From Nitrosospira multiformis ATCC 25196 (GTDB lineage Bacteria > Pseudomonadota > Gammaproteobacteria > Burkholderiales > Nitrosomonadaceae), in the NCBI RefSeq assembly GCF_000196355.1, contig NC_007614.1:2820001-2852000 (forward strand): a DNA stretch of 32,000 nt, in the 5' to 3' direction. This document shows positions 1 through 10,043 of the stretch, piece by piece. The position numbers and the translations under genes are program-made. Numbering within the stretch: the stretch's first letter is position 1; every line of letters begins with the position of its first letter. A model generated the notes under the pieces. The model searched no databases. It had not been told where the DNA came from and saw only the letters and a program-made list of their open reading frames with translations.

Positions 1-2538
1 TCGGGCGAGCATGATGTGGCGCGGGCCTATGTGCTGTACCGCGAGGATCGCGCGCGCAAGCGGGCGCAGCAAAAGGAAGCGGGTGCAGCGGAGGCGGCCG
101 GCAGCGTCCTGAACGTGCTCGAGGACGGGCGCAGGGTTCCGCTCGATACCGCGAGACTGTTGGCGCTGATCGGCTCCTGCTGCGAAGGTCTGGGTGAGGG
201 GGTCGATCCTGCGCTGATACTTAAAGCCACGCTCAAGGATTTATATGATGGAGTGCCGATGGAGGAAGTAAGGAAATCGGTAATCCTGTCAGCACGGGCG
301 TTGCTGGAAAAAGAGCCGGCCTACAGCTACGTCACGGCGCGACTGCTGCTGCACTCGCTCCGCTTCGAGGTGCTGGGCGAGGAAATCGTACAAAGGGAAA
401 TGGCCGGGCGCTATATGGAATATTTCCCGGCCTTCATAAAGCGCGGAATCGAAGCCGAACTGCTGGATGAGCGGCTGGCGCAGTTTGACTTGCCCAGGCT
501 GGCACAAGCCCTCCATGCGGAGCGCGATCTCAAATTTGGCTATCTCGGTTTGCAAACCTTGTATGACCGTTATTTTCTGCATATACAGGAGCGCCGCATC
601 GAGTTGCCGCAGGCATTTTTCATGCGGGTGGCGATGGGGCTTGCATTGAACGAAATCGATCGTGAAGCACGGGCGATAGAGTTCTACCATGTGCTGTCCA
701 ACTTTGATTTCATGAGTTCCACACCCACCCTGTTTAATTCCGGCACACGCCGCTCGCAGCTGTCTTCATGCTATCTCACGACAGTGCCGGACGACCTGGA
801 TGGGATTTACGAGGGAATCAAGGAAAACGCGCTGCTTGCCAAGTATGCCGGAGGACTGGGTAATGATTGGACGCGTGTGCGGGCGATGGGATCGCATATC
901 AAGGGCACCAACGGCAAGTCCCAGGGCGTAGTCCCCTTTCTCAAGGTAGTATCCGACACGGCCGTGGCGGTAAACCAGGGCGGCAAACGCAAAGGCGCCG
1001 TTTGTGCCTACCTCGAATCCTGGCATTTGGATATCGAGGAGTTTCTGGAACTGCGCAAGAATACCGGGGACGATCGCCGGCGCACGCATGACATGAACAC
1101 GGCCACATGGGTTCCCGACCTGTTCATGAAACGGGTAATGGAAGGGGGCGAATGGACGCTCTTTTCGCCTTCCGACGTGCCCGATCTGCACGAAAAGTAT
1201 GGCAAGGCATTTGAGCAGGCTTATCTCGCCTACGAGGATAAAGTCGCGCGCGGCGAACTCGACCTGTACAAGACGATACCCGCGGTGCAGTTATGGCGCA
1301 AAATGCTGAGCATGCTGTTTGAAACCGGGCACCCATGGATCACCTTCAAGGATGCCTGCAATATCCGCTCGCCGCAAAACCATATAGGGGTGGTGCACAG
1401 TTCCAATCTCTGCACCGAGATAACGCTGAATACCAATGATCAGGAAATCGCGGTATGCAACCTTGGTTCGATCAATCTGGCAGCCCACATCGATGATGGC
1501 GGGAAGCTGGATGCCGACAAGCTCAAGCGTACTGTCAGCCTCGCCATGCGCATGCTCGACAATGTGATCGATATCAATTTCTATGCCGTGGCCAAGGCGC
1601 GCAACTCCAATCTCAGGCACCGGCCGGTCGGGCTGGGTATCATGGGTTTCCAGGATTGCCTGCACAGGATGCGCATTCCCTACGCTTCGGACGAAGCAGT
1701 GGAATTTGCGGACCGTACCATGGAAGCGATGGCCTACCATGCCTACTGGGCCTCGACCGAACTGGCCGAAGAGCGGGGACGTTATGCTTCCTATCGCGGC
1801 AGTCTGTGGGACCGCGGCATTCTGCCCCAGGATACGCTCGACCTGCTGCAGGAAGAACGCGGCGGATACATCGAGGCGGACAGATCATCGACGCTGGACT
1901 GGGAAGCGCTGCGCGAACGCATCAGAAACCATGGCATGCGTAACTCCAACTGCCTCGCAATAGCGCCCACCGCGACCATTTCGAACATTGTCGGCGTTTC
2001 AGCCAGCATCGAGCCAACCTTCAAGAATCTTTACGTCAAATCCAATTTGTCGGGAGAATTCACCATTGCCAACCAGTACTTGGTAAGCGACCTGAAAAAG
2101 CTTGGGCTATGGGACGAGGTCATGATTTCTGATATCAAGTATTTCGATGGCGCCCTGGGCAAGATAGACCGCGTACCGACCGAACTTCGCAAGCTTTATG
2201 CCACTGCCTTCGAGGTGGAACCCCAGTGGTTGATCGAGGCGGCAGCGCGCCGGCAGAAATGGATAGATCAGTCCCAGTCCCTGAATATCTATATTGCGAG
2301 CGTCTCCGGCAAAAAGCTGGATGAAACCTACAAACTGGCCTGGGTGCGTGGCTTGAAGACGACCTATTATCTGCGCTCGCTCGGAGCAACGTCAGCAGAA
2401 AAATCTACAGTCCAGGCTGGCTCTTTGAATGCGGTGCCCGCAGAAGGAAGTCTGCCAGCCATGGGTGCGGCGGCAGTGCCGGCGACAGACGTATCGTTCT
2501 GTTCCGTCGATGATCCGGAATGTGAATCATGCCAATAA
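1..2538 (+). CDS. nrdA: Ribonucleoside-diphosphate reductase alpha subunit, class I; 5' truncated by the window edge
   Basis: The frame is open from base 1 (SGEHDVARAYVLYREDRARKRAQ, the end of an ATP-cone) and continues through NrdA motifs such as STPTLFNSGTRRSQLSSCYL, NLCTEI, NSNLRHRPVGLGIMGFQD, and a C-terminal CESCQ. The tracked start at 16 is an internal GTG. Confidence 0.96.
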   Translation, partial: SGEHDVARAYVLYREDRARKRAQQKEAGAAEAAGSVLNVLEDGRRVPLDTARLLALIGSCCEGLGEGVDPALILKATLKDLYDGVPMEEVRKSVILSARALLEKEPAYSYVTARLLLHSLRFEVLGEEIVQREMAGRYMEYFPAFIKRGIEAELLDERLAQFDLPRLAQALHAERDLKFGYLGLQTLYDRYFLHIQERRIELPQAFFMRVAMGLALNEIDREARAIEFYHVLSNFDFMSSTPTLFNSGTRRSQLSSCYLTTVPDDLDGIYEGIKENALLAKYAGGLGNDWTRVRAMGSHIKGTNGKSQGVVPFLKVVSDTAVAVNQGGKRKGAVCAYLESWHLDIEEFLELRKNTGDDRRRTHDMNTATWVPDLFMKRVMEGGEWTLFSPSDVPDLHEKYGKAFEQAYLAYEDKVARGELDLYKTIPAVQLWRKMLSMLFETGHPWITFKDACNIRSPQNHIGVVHSSNLCTEITLNTNDQEIAVCNLGSINLAAHIDDGGKLDADKLKRTVSLAMRMLDNVIDINFYAVAKARNSNLRHRPVGLGIMGFQDCLHRMRIPYASDEAVEFADRTMEAMAYHAYWASTELAEERGRYASYRGSLWDRGILPQDTLDLLQEERGGYIEADRSSTLDWEALRERIRNHGMRNSNCLAIAPTATISNIVGVSASIEPTFKNLYVKSNLSGEFTIANQYLVSDLKKLGLWDEVMISDIKYFDGALGKIDRVPTELRKLYATAFEVEPQWLIEAAARRQKWIDQSQSLNIYIASVSGKKLDETYKLAWVRGLKTTYYLRSLGATSAEKSTVQAGSLNAVPAEGSLPAMGAAAVPATDVSFCSVDDPECESCQ

Positions 2539-2567
2539 CAATTAAAATGTAATGTTAGGAGAAAGAT

Positions 2568-3794
2568 ATGTTGATATTCGAGGATGAAATCATGCCATCG
2601 GCGCCGCGGAGAAACGGCGAGCCGGGATTGCTTGACGGAACCCGCGCGGGCCCTGAAGCAGCGAGCCGCCTTGACGGCACGAACGGGACGGAGGCAGAAG
2701 GTGGCGTGAGCGATGTGACTGGGTCGCATGGAGGGAATGGCATGGGAGAAAAGGACTATTCCGCAGAGGACATCCATCGGCGCGTGTCGGTGGAAGACAA
2801 GCGCATCATCAATTGCAAGGCGGATGTCAACCAACTGGTGCCTTTCAAGTACAAATGGGCGTGGGAGAAGTATCTGGCGGCCTGCGCCAACCATTGGATG
2901 CCTCAGGAAATCAACATGAGCCGCGATATCGCTCTCTGGAAAGATCCGAACGGACTGACCGAGGATGAGCGGCGGATAGTCAAGCGCAACCTGGGCTTCT
3001 TCGTTACCGCGGATTCGCTCGCGGCCAACAACATCGTGCTCGGCACTTACCGGCACGTCACCAATCCGGAATGCCGCCAGTACCTGTTACGGCAAGCCTT
3101 TGAAGAGGCGATTCATACGCATGCCTATCAGTACATCGTCGAATCGCTGGGGCTGGACGAAGGCGAGATTTTCAACGCCTATCACGAAGTGAGATCCATC
3201 CGCGAGAAGGATGAATTCCTGATTCCCTTTATCGATACGCTCACTGATCCATCATTCAGGACGGGCACGCTCGAAGCGGATCAGAAGTTGCTTAAAAGCC
3301 TGATCGTATTCGCCTGCATCATGGAAGGCCTGTTCTTTTATGTAGGTTTCATACAGATCCTGGCGCTCGGAAGGCAGAACAAGATGACGGGCTCGGCCGA
3401 GCAGTATCAATACATTCTGCGGGATGAATCCATGCACTGCAATTTCGGCATCGATGTCGTGAATCAGATCAAAATGGAAAACCCGCATTTGTGGACGAAA
3501 GAATTTCGCAGCGAAATCAGTGCGCTGATGCAAAAAGCGGTGGAACTGGAATACCGTTATGCCGAGGACACCATGCCGCGAGGCGTTCTGGGATTGAACG
3601 CGCCCATGTTCAAGGAATACCTGCGCTATATCGCCAACCGCCGCTGCCAGCAGATAGGTCTGGATATTCTCTATCCGGGAGCGAGCAACCCCTTCCCCTG
3701 GATGTCTGAAATGATCGATCTGAAAAAGGAAAAGAACTTTTTTGAAACACGCGTTACCGAGTATCAGACTGGCGGTGTGCTGAACTGGGACTAA
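2568..3794 (+). CDS. nrdB: Ribonucleoside-diphosphate reductase beta subunit
   Basis: AGGAG lies 7 nt before the ATG. Di-metal ligand motifs are present: [21 protein letters not shown] (includes the radical Tyr position), [10 protein letters not shown] and [10 protein letters not shown]. Follows nrdA directly. Confidence 0.96.
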   Translation: MLIFEDEIMPSAPRRNGEPGLLDGTRAGPEAASRLDGTNGTEAEGGVSDVTGSHGGNGMGEKDYSAEDIHRRVSVEDKRIINCKADVNQLVPFKYKWAWEKYLAACANHWMPQEINMSRDIALWKDPNGLTEDERRIVKRNLGFFVTADSLAANNIVLGTYRHVTNPECRQYLLRQAFEEAIHTHAYQYIVESLGLDEGEIFNAYHEVRSIREKDEFLIPFIDTLTDPSFRTGTLEADQKLLKSLIVFACIMEGLFFYVGFIQILALGRQNKMTGSAEQYQYILRDESMHCNFGIDVVNQIKMENPHLWTKEFRSEISALMQKAVELEYRYAEDTMPRGVLGLNAPMFKEYLRYIANRRCQQIGLDILYPGASNPFPWMSEMIDLKKEKNFFETRVTEYQTGGVLNWD

Positions 3795-4043
3795 ACAACT
3801 AGAATACTAGAATAATAATGAGGGACAGCAGGCGCGTCACGAAGGGTCTGCCTGCCTCACTCCCCGCTTTAAGCAACTCTTCGCATTTCGGATTTTTGCA
3901 TCGTCTGGCAGCCCGCCTCGATTCCGCGGGCTCTGCCATCAATACATTTTCCCTGCGTCGATTATAATCATTTACGCTGGTAAAATTTTAAGGACGAGGT
4001 TAACATTGGCCTTCATTCGAATCTCTACCTGATGGAGGTGGTA

Positions 4044-4322
4044 ATGGCTCGTACAATTCCACAAGGGTCCCGCGACTACGACACCACGCGCGTTGTTGAA
4101 CGACCCGATGGTTTTTATTGGCATGACGAAAAAGAGGGTGACAGGGTATTCGGTCCCTTCCCCACCTTACTTGAAGCCATCCAGGATATGGAGTACAACG
4201 CCGACTCGGACTATGAACCGGGGGAGACTCTGGAGCAGGCCGAGGACGAGCTCGGCATATCCGACTGGATCGATCCTGAAACCGGCCAACCCGGCGAAGA
4301 ATCCTTCCGGCTCGAAAACTGA
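4044..4322 (+). CDS. Small acidic conserved-looking hypothetical protein (92 aa)
   Basis: GGAGG at 4034-4038 is well placed for ATG 4044, better than for the tracked ATG 4032. The product is acidic (about 25 D/E against 7 K/R) with a DGFYWHDEKEGDRVFGPFPTLLEAIQDM motif. Confidence 0.75.
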   Translation: MARTIPQGSRDYDTTRVVERPDGFYWHDEKEGDRVFGPFPTLLEAIQDMEYNADSDYEPGETLEQAEDELGISDWIDPETGQPGEESFRLEN

Positions 4323-4596
4323 TCAGTATCCCCCTGATCCGGCACGTTTCATCGCACCATGTTCCGGCGATTGGACGTGCTCTTCTTCAGAATAAGTACG
4401 AATAAATCTTCTCCAGGTCGGTTTTCAATCTCTGCACCCGGATTTCCGTGCGTGCAGGGCAAGCATGCGGTCTTTCCGCAGTCTCCCCTTCCGGCTGCTT
4501 TTATTTCCTGCCTTCACCGGCGAATGTGCGTGCCCGGGTATCTCTTCTTGGATATTTCTTATATGGCCGCCTGTCTTTCCTTGATCCAAGGCTGAT

Positions 4597-5985
4597 ATGA
4601 ATTACCGTGATGAACGGGATACCATGGGCTCAATACAGGTGCCCGCGCACGCGCTGTGGGGCGCGCAGACCCAGCGCTCCTTGCAGAATTTCAGAATTTC
4701 AGGCGAACGCATGCCGCCTGCGCTGCTTCACGCGCTGGCACTCGTGAAGCGGGCGGCAGCTGCCATAAACCGTGATCTGGGGGTTCTGGATGACGGGCGC
4801 GCTACCGCCATCATCCAGGCTGCGGATGAGGTGATCGCAGGCGATCATGATGCAGAGTTTCCGCTGGTCGTGTGGCAGACCGGCTCGGGCACCCAGACCA
4901 ACATGAATATGAACGAAGTGCTGGCAAATCGCGCTTCTGAACTGCTGGGAGGCGGAAGAGGAGGGGATTGCAGGATCCATCCCAACGACGATGTAAACAA
5001 GGGGCAGTCATCCAATGACGTGTTTCCCTCTGCCATGCATGTGGCGGCCGCCTGCTCCCTCAATCATCAGTTGAAGCCTGGCATTGCCGCGTTGCGGCAT
5101 ACGCTGGCCGCCAAAGCGGAGGCATTTTCAGGCATTGTCAAAATCGGCCGCACCCATTTGCAGGATGCTACTCCCCTCACCTTGGGGCAGGAATTCTCGG
5201 GGTATGTTTCCCAACTGGACCACGGGTTGGGGCATGTCGACGCCGCGCTTCCGCATGTATATGAACTGGCTCTGGGAGGGACGGCGGTGGGTACCGGATT
5301 GAATGCCCACCCTGAGTTTGCGGTGCGGATCGCAGCGGAATTGGCAAGATTGACGGGCCTGCCTTTTGTGACAGCTCCCAACAAGTTTGAAGCCCTCGCT
5401 GCCAACGATGCGCTCGTCCATGCGCACGGTGCGCTCAAGACCCTGGCAGCCTCGCTCATGAAGATCGCCAATGATATCCGCTGGCTTGCGTCGGGCCCGC
5501 GCTGCGGAATCGGCGAACTGAAAATTCCTGAAAACGAGCCGGGCAGTTCCATCATGCCCGGCAAAGTCAATCCGACACAGTCAGAGGCGCTTACCATGCT
5601 GTGCTGCCAGGTAATGGGCAATGATGTCGCCATCAATATGGGTGGCGCAATGGGGAATTTTGAGCTCAACGTCATGAAACCGCTTATCATTCACAATTTC
5701 CTGCAAAGCGTGCGCCTGCTCGCGGATGGTATGATAAGCTTCAACGAGCATTGCGCGATCGGAATCACCGCAAACATCGATCGCATAGATGAATTGCTGC
5801 GCAAATCGCTGATGCTGGTGACTGCACTCGCGCCCCACATCGGCTACGACAAGGCGTCTGAAATCGCGAAGAAAGCGCATCGCGAAGGCACTACACTGGA
5901 ACAGGCAGCCGTTGCAACCGGCTATATTACCGTCGATCAATTTCAGGATTGGGTAAGACCGGAAGACATGATTCACCCGCAATGA
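4597..5985 (+). CDS. fumC: Class II fumarate hydratase
   Basis: 462 aa. Contains the class II fumarase signature [15 protein letters not shown], plus [16 protein letters not shown] and [16 protein letters not shown]. Confidence 0.96.
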   Translation: MNYRDERDTMGSIQVPAHALWGAQTQRSLQNFRISGERMPPALLHALALVKRAAAAINRDLGVLDDGRATAIIQAADEVIAGDHDAEFPLVVWQTGSGTQTNMNMNEVLANRASELLGGGRGGDCRIHPNDDVNKGQSSNDVFPSAMHVAAACSLNHQLKPGIAALRHTLAAKAEAFSGIVKIGRTHLQDATPLTLGQEFSGYVSQLDHGLGHVDAALPHVYELALGGTAVGTGLNAHPEFAVRIAAELARLTGLPFVTAPNKFEALAANDALVHAHGALKTLAASLMKIANDIRWLASGPRCGIGELKIPENEPGSSIMPGKVNPTQSEALTMLCCQVMGNDVAINMGGAMGNFELNVMKPLIIHNFLQSVRLLADGMISFNEHCAIGITANIDRIDELLRKSLMLVTALAPHIGYDKASEIAKKAHREGTTLEQAAVATGYITVDQFQDWVRPEDMIHPQ

Positions 5986-6037
5986 TGCTTGGGTTGAATA
6001 AATGTTGCTGCTCCTGCGGCTTCTGCCGCCAGGGTGA

Positions 6038-7270
6038 ATGAGCTTGCTCCCGTCATCCTCACGGGTACCGAAAGTGGGCCTCGTCCTGACTGGAGGAGGG
6101 GCCCGTGCCGCCTATCAGGTGGGTGTTCTGCAGGCTATCGCGGCGATGCTGCCCAAGAGAACGCGCACCCCCTTTCCCGTAATTTGCGGTACATCCGCCG
6201 GCGCATTCAATGCCGCGGTTCTCGCCATCTCGGCCCGGAACTTTCAGGAGGGTGTGCGACGCCTGTCGGGGGTATGGGAAAACGCGCACGTCAACCAGGC
6301 CTACCGGACAGACCCTCTAGGCGTATACGCAAATGCAATACGCTGGCTCGCATCTCTCCTGTTTGGAAGCGTGAAAAACCAGGGCGCGACCTCCCTGCTC
6401 GACAACTCGCCACTTGCGCAACTGCTGGAAAACAGCCTGCCGCTTCAAAGCATTCAGAAGAGTATCGATACCGGCGCCTTGCATGCTCTCGGCATTACCG
6501 CCTGGGGCTATACCAGCGGACAATCGGTGACGTTCTATCAGGGTGCGGACAGCATACGGTCGTGGAAGCGGGAACGCCGCATCGGTGTCGCCGTTCCTAT
6601 CGAAATTGAGCATCTGCTGGCCTCTTCCGCCATTCCGCTTCTTTTTCCAGCCGTGCGGCTGAACCGCGAGTACTTCGGAGACGGTTCAATGCGCCAGCTT
6701 GCGCCGTTGAGTCCCGCGCTGCATCTCGGGGCAGACCGTGTGCTGGTGATTGGCGTGCGCAAGATAGAGGAAACACAGCCCGAGCGTGTCAAGGTAGACA
6801 CCTATCCCACGCTCGCGCAGATCGGCGGTCATATCATGAGCAGTATTTTTCTCGATAACCTTTATGTCGACTTGGAACGGTTGCAGCGCATCAATCGGAC
6901 CCTACGCATGATTCCCGAAGAAAAAATGAGAAATCACGACATGCCGCTGCGCCAGATTCAACATATGGTCATTTCCCCCAGCGTTGAATTCACTGAAATC
7001 GCGCAGCAGCACGCTGCAACCCTGCCGCATACTATCCGGCTTTTTTACCGGGCCATCGGGGCAATGAGACGCGACGGCTCGTCTCTCCTGAGCTATGTTC
7101 TGTTTGAAGAACCCTTCTGCCGCGCACTCATCGATCTCGGCTATCAGGATACGCTGCCGCGCAAAGCCGAACTCTTGCGGTTTCTCAATGCAGCGCCAAT
7201 CAATGGGCCGACGCAAGCAGATTTATCCGACGCTGGTATAATCCGCAATCCAGTTCCGGGGATAGGCTGA
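6038..7270 (+). CDS. Patatin-like phospholipase family protein
   Basis: Oxyanion motif GLVLTGGGARAAYQVGVL, nucleophile elbow GTSAGA (GxSxG), and catalytic DG dyad in EYFGDGSMRQL. Confidence 0.92.
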   Translation: MSLLPSSSRVPKVGLVLTGGGARAAYQVGVLQAIAAMLPKRTRTPFPVICGTSAGAFNAAVLAISARNFQEGVRRLSGVWENAHVNQAYRTDPLGVYANAIRWLASLLFGSVKNQGATSLLDNSPLAQLLENSLPLQSIQKSIDTGALHALGITAWGYTSGQSVTFYQGADSIRSWKRERRIGVAVPIEIEHLLASSAIPLLFPAVRLNREYFGDGSMRQLAPLSPALHLGADRVLVIGVRKIEETQPERVKVDTYPTLAQIGGHIMSSIFLDNLYVDLERLQRINRTLRMIPEEKMRNHDMPLRQIQHMVISPSVEFTEIAQQHAATLPHTIRLFYRAIGAMRRDGSSLLSYVLFEEPFCRALIDLGYQDTLPRKAELLRFLNAAPINGPTQADLSDAGIIRNPVPGIG

Positions 7271-7316
7271 ACAGCCTGGTCGCCTCACCCGATTCCCTAT
7301 TTTTCAGAGACTTCTT

Positions 7317-8048
7317 ATGGACCTTGCCAGTCCGCAATTCTGGATAGCCGTACTCCAGATTATTACCATTGATATCGTTCTGGGAGGCGATAACGCGGTG
7401 GTTATCGCGCTTGCATGCCGGCGGCTTCCCGAAAAGCAGCGAAATCTCGGCATTTTCTGGGGAGTGTTCGGCGCCATTGCGCTGCGGGTCGTGCTGATCT
7501 ACTTCGCCTTCACCTTGATGGCAATTCCATTCCTGAAAATCGTGGCGGCTCTGCTGCTATTATGGATCGGCATCAAGTTGCTTCAACCCGAACCGGAAGG
7601 GAACGGACATGAGATCAGCGCAAGCGCAACCTTGCTGGGCGCGATTAAAACCATCATTGTCGCCGATGCCATGATGAGCCTGGATAATGTGATTGCCATT
7701 GCCGGCGCCGCCCGGGACAGTGTCATCCTGGTGGTCTTTGGCCTGGTGGTGAGTGTGCCCATCATCGTTTGGGGCAGCAAGCTGGTAATGAGACTCATGG
7801 AAAAATTTCCCGTCACTATCTTCATCGGTGCGGGCCTGCTTGGCTGGATCGCGGGACACATGAGCATTACCGACGCGGTCAGCAGGGAATGGGTAAATAA
7901 CAACGCGGCCTTTCTGCACTGGGTTGCACCCGCGGCAGGCGCTCTGCTGATCGTGACCATCGGGAAATGGCTTGCCGACAAGGCCGGGGCAAGAAGAGCC
8001 GCGATCGTCGACCTGATGGACGATATAAACGATAAACCGCGTTCGTAG
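7317..8048 (+). CDS. TerC family integral membrane protein (YjbE-like)
   Basis: 243 aa hydrophobic protein with DIVLGGDNAVVIALACR and DAMMSLDNVIAIAGAA, the paired acidic membrane motifs of TerC proteins. Confidence 0.92.
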   Translation: MDLASPQFWIAVLQIITIDIVLGGDNAVVIALACRRLPEKQRNLGIFWGVFGAIALRVVLIYFAFTLMAIPFLKIVAALLLLWIGIKLLQPEPEGNGHEISASATLLGAIKTIIVADAMMSLDNVIAIAGAARDSVILVVFGLVVSVPIIVWGSKLVMRLMEKFPVTIFIGAGLLGWIAGHMSITDAVSREWVNNNAAFLHWVAPAAGALLIVTIGKWLADKAGARRAAIVDLMDDINDKPRS

Positions 8049-8078
8049 GCGCAAATTAACTGTTATGAGGGAGAAAAC

Positions 8079-8504
8079 ATGCTGAAACTCCTGTTGCCGG
8101 TAGATGGTTCAGCGGCATCGGACAACGCAGTCGGAAAGTTCATCAAACTGGTTCCTTCATACAGGGAAGCACCCGAAATACATTTGCTGAACGTGCAATT
8201 CCCCTTGCGCGGCAACGTGCCGATGTTCATAGACAAGAAGAGCATAGATCTGTATTACCAGGAAGAAGGTACGAAAGAACTGTCATCGGCGCGAGCATTG
8301 CTCGATCAGGCCGGGATCGGCTACCGGTTCCATGTCTCTTCAGGACATCCGCCCAACATCATTCTGCGTTATGCGGAAGAAATGAATTTCGATCAGATCG
8401 TGCTTGGCCCGCGTGGACTTGGAACGGTGAAAGGAATATTGCTGGGTTCGGTTGCCAGCAAGGTCATACAGCTTTCGACAATACCGGTGCTCCTGATCAA
8501 ATAG
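8079..8504 (+). CDS. Universal stress protein (UspA family)
   Basis: MLKLLLPVDGSAASDNAV N-terminus and the C-terminal nucleotide-binding motif GPRGLGTVKGILLGSVASKVIQLSTIPVLLIK. Confidence 0.93.
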   Translation: MLKLLLPVDGSAASDNAVGKFIKLVPSYREAPEIHLLNVQFPLRGNVPMFIDKKSIDLYYQEEGTKELSSARALLDQAGIGYRFHVSSGHPPNIILRYAEEMNFDQIVLGPRGLGTVKGILLGSVASKVIQLSTIPVLLIK

Positions 8505-8558
8505 GATGGCGGATATCAGGGAATAGTGATGCGTTTAACCAAGAAGGAGTTTTTTAGC

Positions 8559-9047
8559 ATGAAGCAGGATCAGAAGGGCCTAACCTTGATCGAGTCAATG
8601 ATGGTAGTTGCCCTCATTGGCATCCTGGCGACGATCGCTATTCCACCTGCATTTCGGCTCTATGAGGACTCCCAGGCCCGCGCCCAGGTAACCGAAGCGC
8701 TCGATCTTCTCGGCCGCGTTAAATCTCCTGTTGCCGCGTTTTATTCGGATAAGGGAAGATGGCCTACCTCCGAAGAGTTCGACAATCTGGTGCCCGCACG
8801 GACCGGCAAGTATGTCGCGAGCCTCACGCCGGAATCCCGCGAAAAAGGTTTTGAGGTAATAGCAAAATTCAGGAATACCGGGGTGAGTCCGGCCCTGGTG
8901 ACGGAGGGATCCGGCAGAACACTGGTTCTGGCGACAGCAAACGGCAAGGAATGGTTCTGCAATGATAATACCGATCCTGTCTCCGGGATTCCCGACCTTG
9001 TCCCGGGTAATGTCCTGCCCCAGCACCGGCCGTCATCCTGCAAATAG
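8559..9047 (+). CDS. Type IV pilin-like protein
   Basis: AAGGAG at 8544-8549 precedes ATG 8559, so the tracked 8526 start is probably too long. Prepilin motif MKQDQKG|LTLIESMMVVALIGILATIAIP, and a C-terminal cysteine pair (WFCND...PSSCK) typical of a pilin D-region. Confidence 0.88.
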   Translation: MKQDQKGLTLIESMMVVALIGILATIAIPPAFRLYEDSQARAQVTEALDLLGRVKSPVAAFYSDKGRWPTSEEFDNLVPARTGKYVASLTPESREKGFEVIAKFRNTGVSPALVTEGSGRTLVLATANGKEWFCNDNTDPVSGIPDLVPGNVLPQHRPSSCK

Positions 9048-9593
9048 GAGGAAGCGCGAAAAAGAGGATTTGCGGTCCACTTCGTCCGCCTCGACCACTG
9101 TGGGCGCTTCGGCACTCATCAGGGGTTACAAACCTGGTTCAATAATTCCTGTAAGGTCGATTCGCTCCCATTTACAGTCCCGGTTTACCTCCTGCAATTA
9201 CGCTGTGAGGGCGCGGTAAGGATGCTTCGATCGCCAGAAGCTGAGCATTGCTTTCCTGTCAGATTCACCCCCGTTAGTCTTTTCGAATTAGGGATCGCGG
9301 GGCCTACACTTTTGACATTCAGCCCGATTGGCGGTTATCGTGAAGAGCAGTCAAAGCTGCTGCTGGAAAATCATGTCATGGAGCATTGACCCCAACTTTC
9401 CAATGCATATAATCGTCGAATAGTCGTGCTCCATTTTAGGGCAGAGCCATACTTTTCGGGCTCACTACACTCCCACTTCTCTGAGCACTGGCATAACCGG
9501 CCAAGCTCACTCCGGAACCTGCAAGAAAAAGAAAAAAGTGATACACCCACGTTTTGGCACGTTTCTATAGCAACAAGATAACCGGAAAAATAC

Positions 9594-10043
9594 ATGAACG
9601 AATTTAGCGATCAAATATCTGCATACTTTTCTCACGTACCCATGCGGCCCCTGGTTTTGCTGGGAGCGGGAATCGTAGTGGCCGGTATTTATGAGATTTT
9701 CACCCGTAAACGGCGGACAGAGGCCGCTGAAGAATTCCGCTCGGCCATTTTATCCACCCTCTCGGGTCTGTATCCCGAACCTACCAACTGGCCGAGAAGT
9801 ATCGATACTTATCTGCGGGCACGCCTCCCGGTGATGCATGAAATTATCGAGGACTTCAGGTCGAATGTGCGGCAGCAGGATATCCCGGCGTATAACAGGG
9901 ATTGGGATAATTACCAGGAGTTCTGCCGCAATGAGATTACCGATGACAAATGTATTGCTGCGGAAACGAACCCGGGCAGGGAATCAGATCCGAAAAAAAC
10001 TTTTCACCAGCTTGTCTCAAACCTTTTGCGTCATGCGGACTGA
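9594..10043 (+). CDS. Hypothetical protein with one N-terminal transmembrane segment
   Basis: 149 aa ORF. Predicted TM stretch LVLLGAGIVVAGIYEIFTR followed by a soluble charged region. No recognised family. Confidence 0.6.
   Translation: MNEFSDQISAYFSHVPMRPLVLLGAGIVVAGIYEIFTRKRRTEAAEEFRSAILSTLSGLYPEPTNWPRSIDTYLRARLPVMHEIIEDFRSNVRQQDIPAYNRDWDNYQEFCRNEITDDKCIAAETNPGRESDPKKTFHQLVSNLLRHAD

Noticed and set aside
2367-3056. Minus-strand ORF of 229 aa across the nrdA/nrdB junction
   Set aside because: Antisense to both nrd genes with no motif support.
3795-4031. Possible terminator after nrdB (GCAGG...CCTGC)
   Set aside because: Short stem with a large loop and no T-tract; not convincing.
6034-6609. 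Plus-strand ORF of 191 aa overlapping the patatin-like gene
   Set aside because: Alternative frame of the patatin-like CDS, which carries the GxSxG and DG motifs; this frame has none.
9048-9593. tRNA-like or CRISPR-like elements in the intergenic interval
   Set aside because: No T-loop consensus (GGTTCRANNCC) with a paired acceptor stem, and no regularly spaced direct repeats seen.
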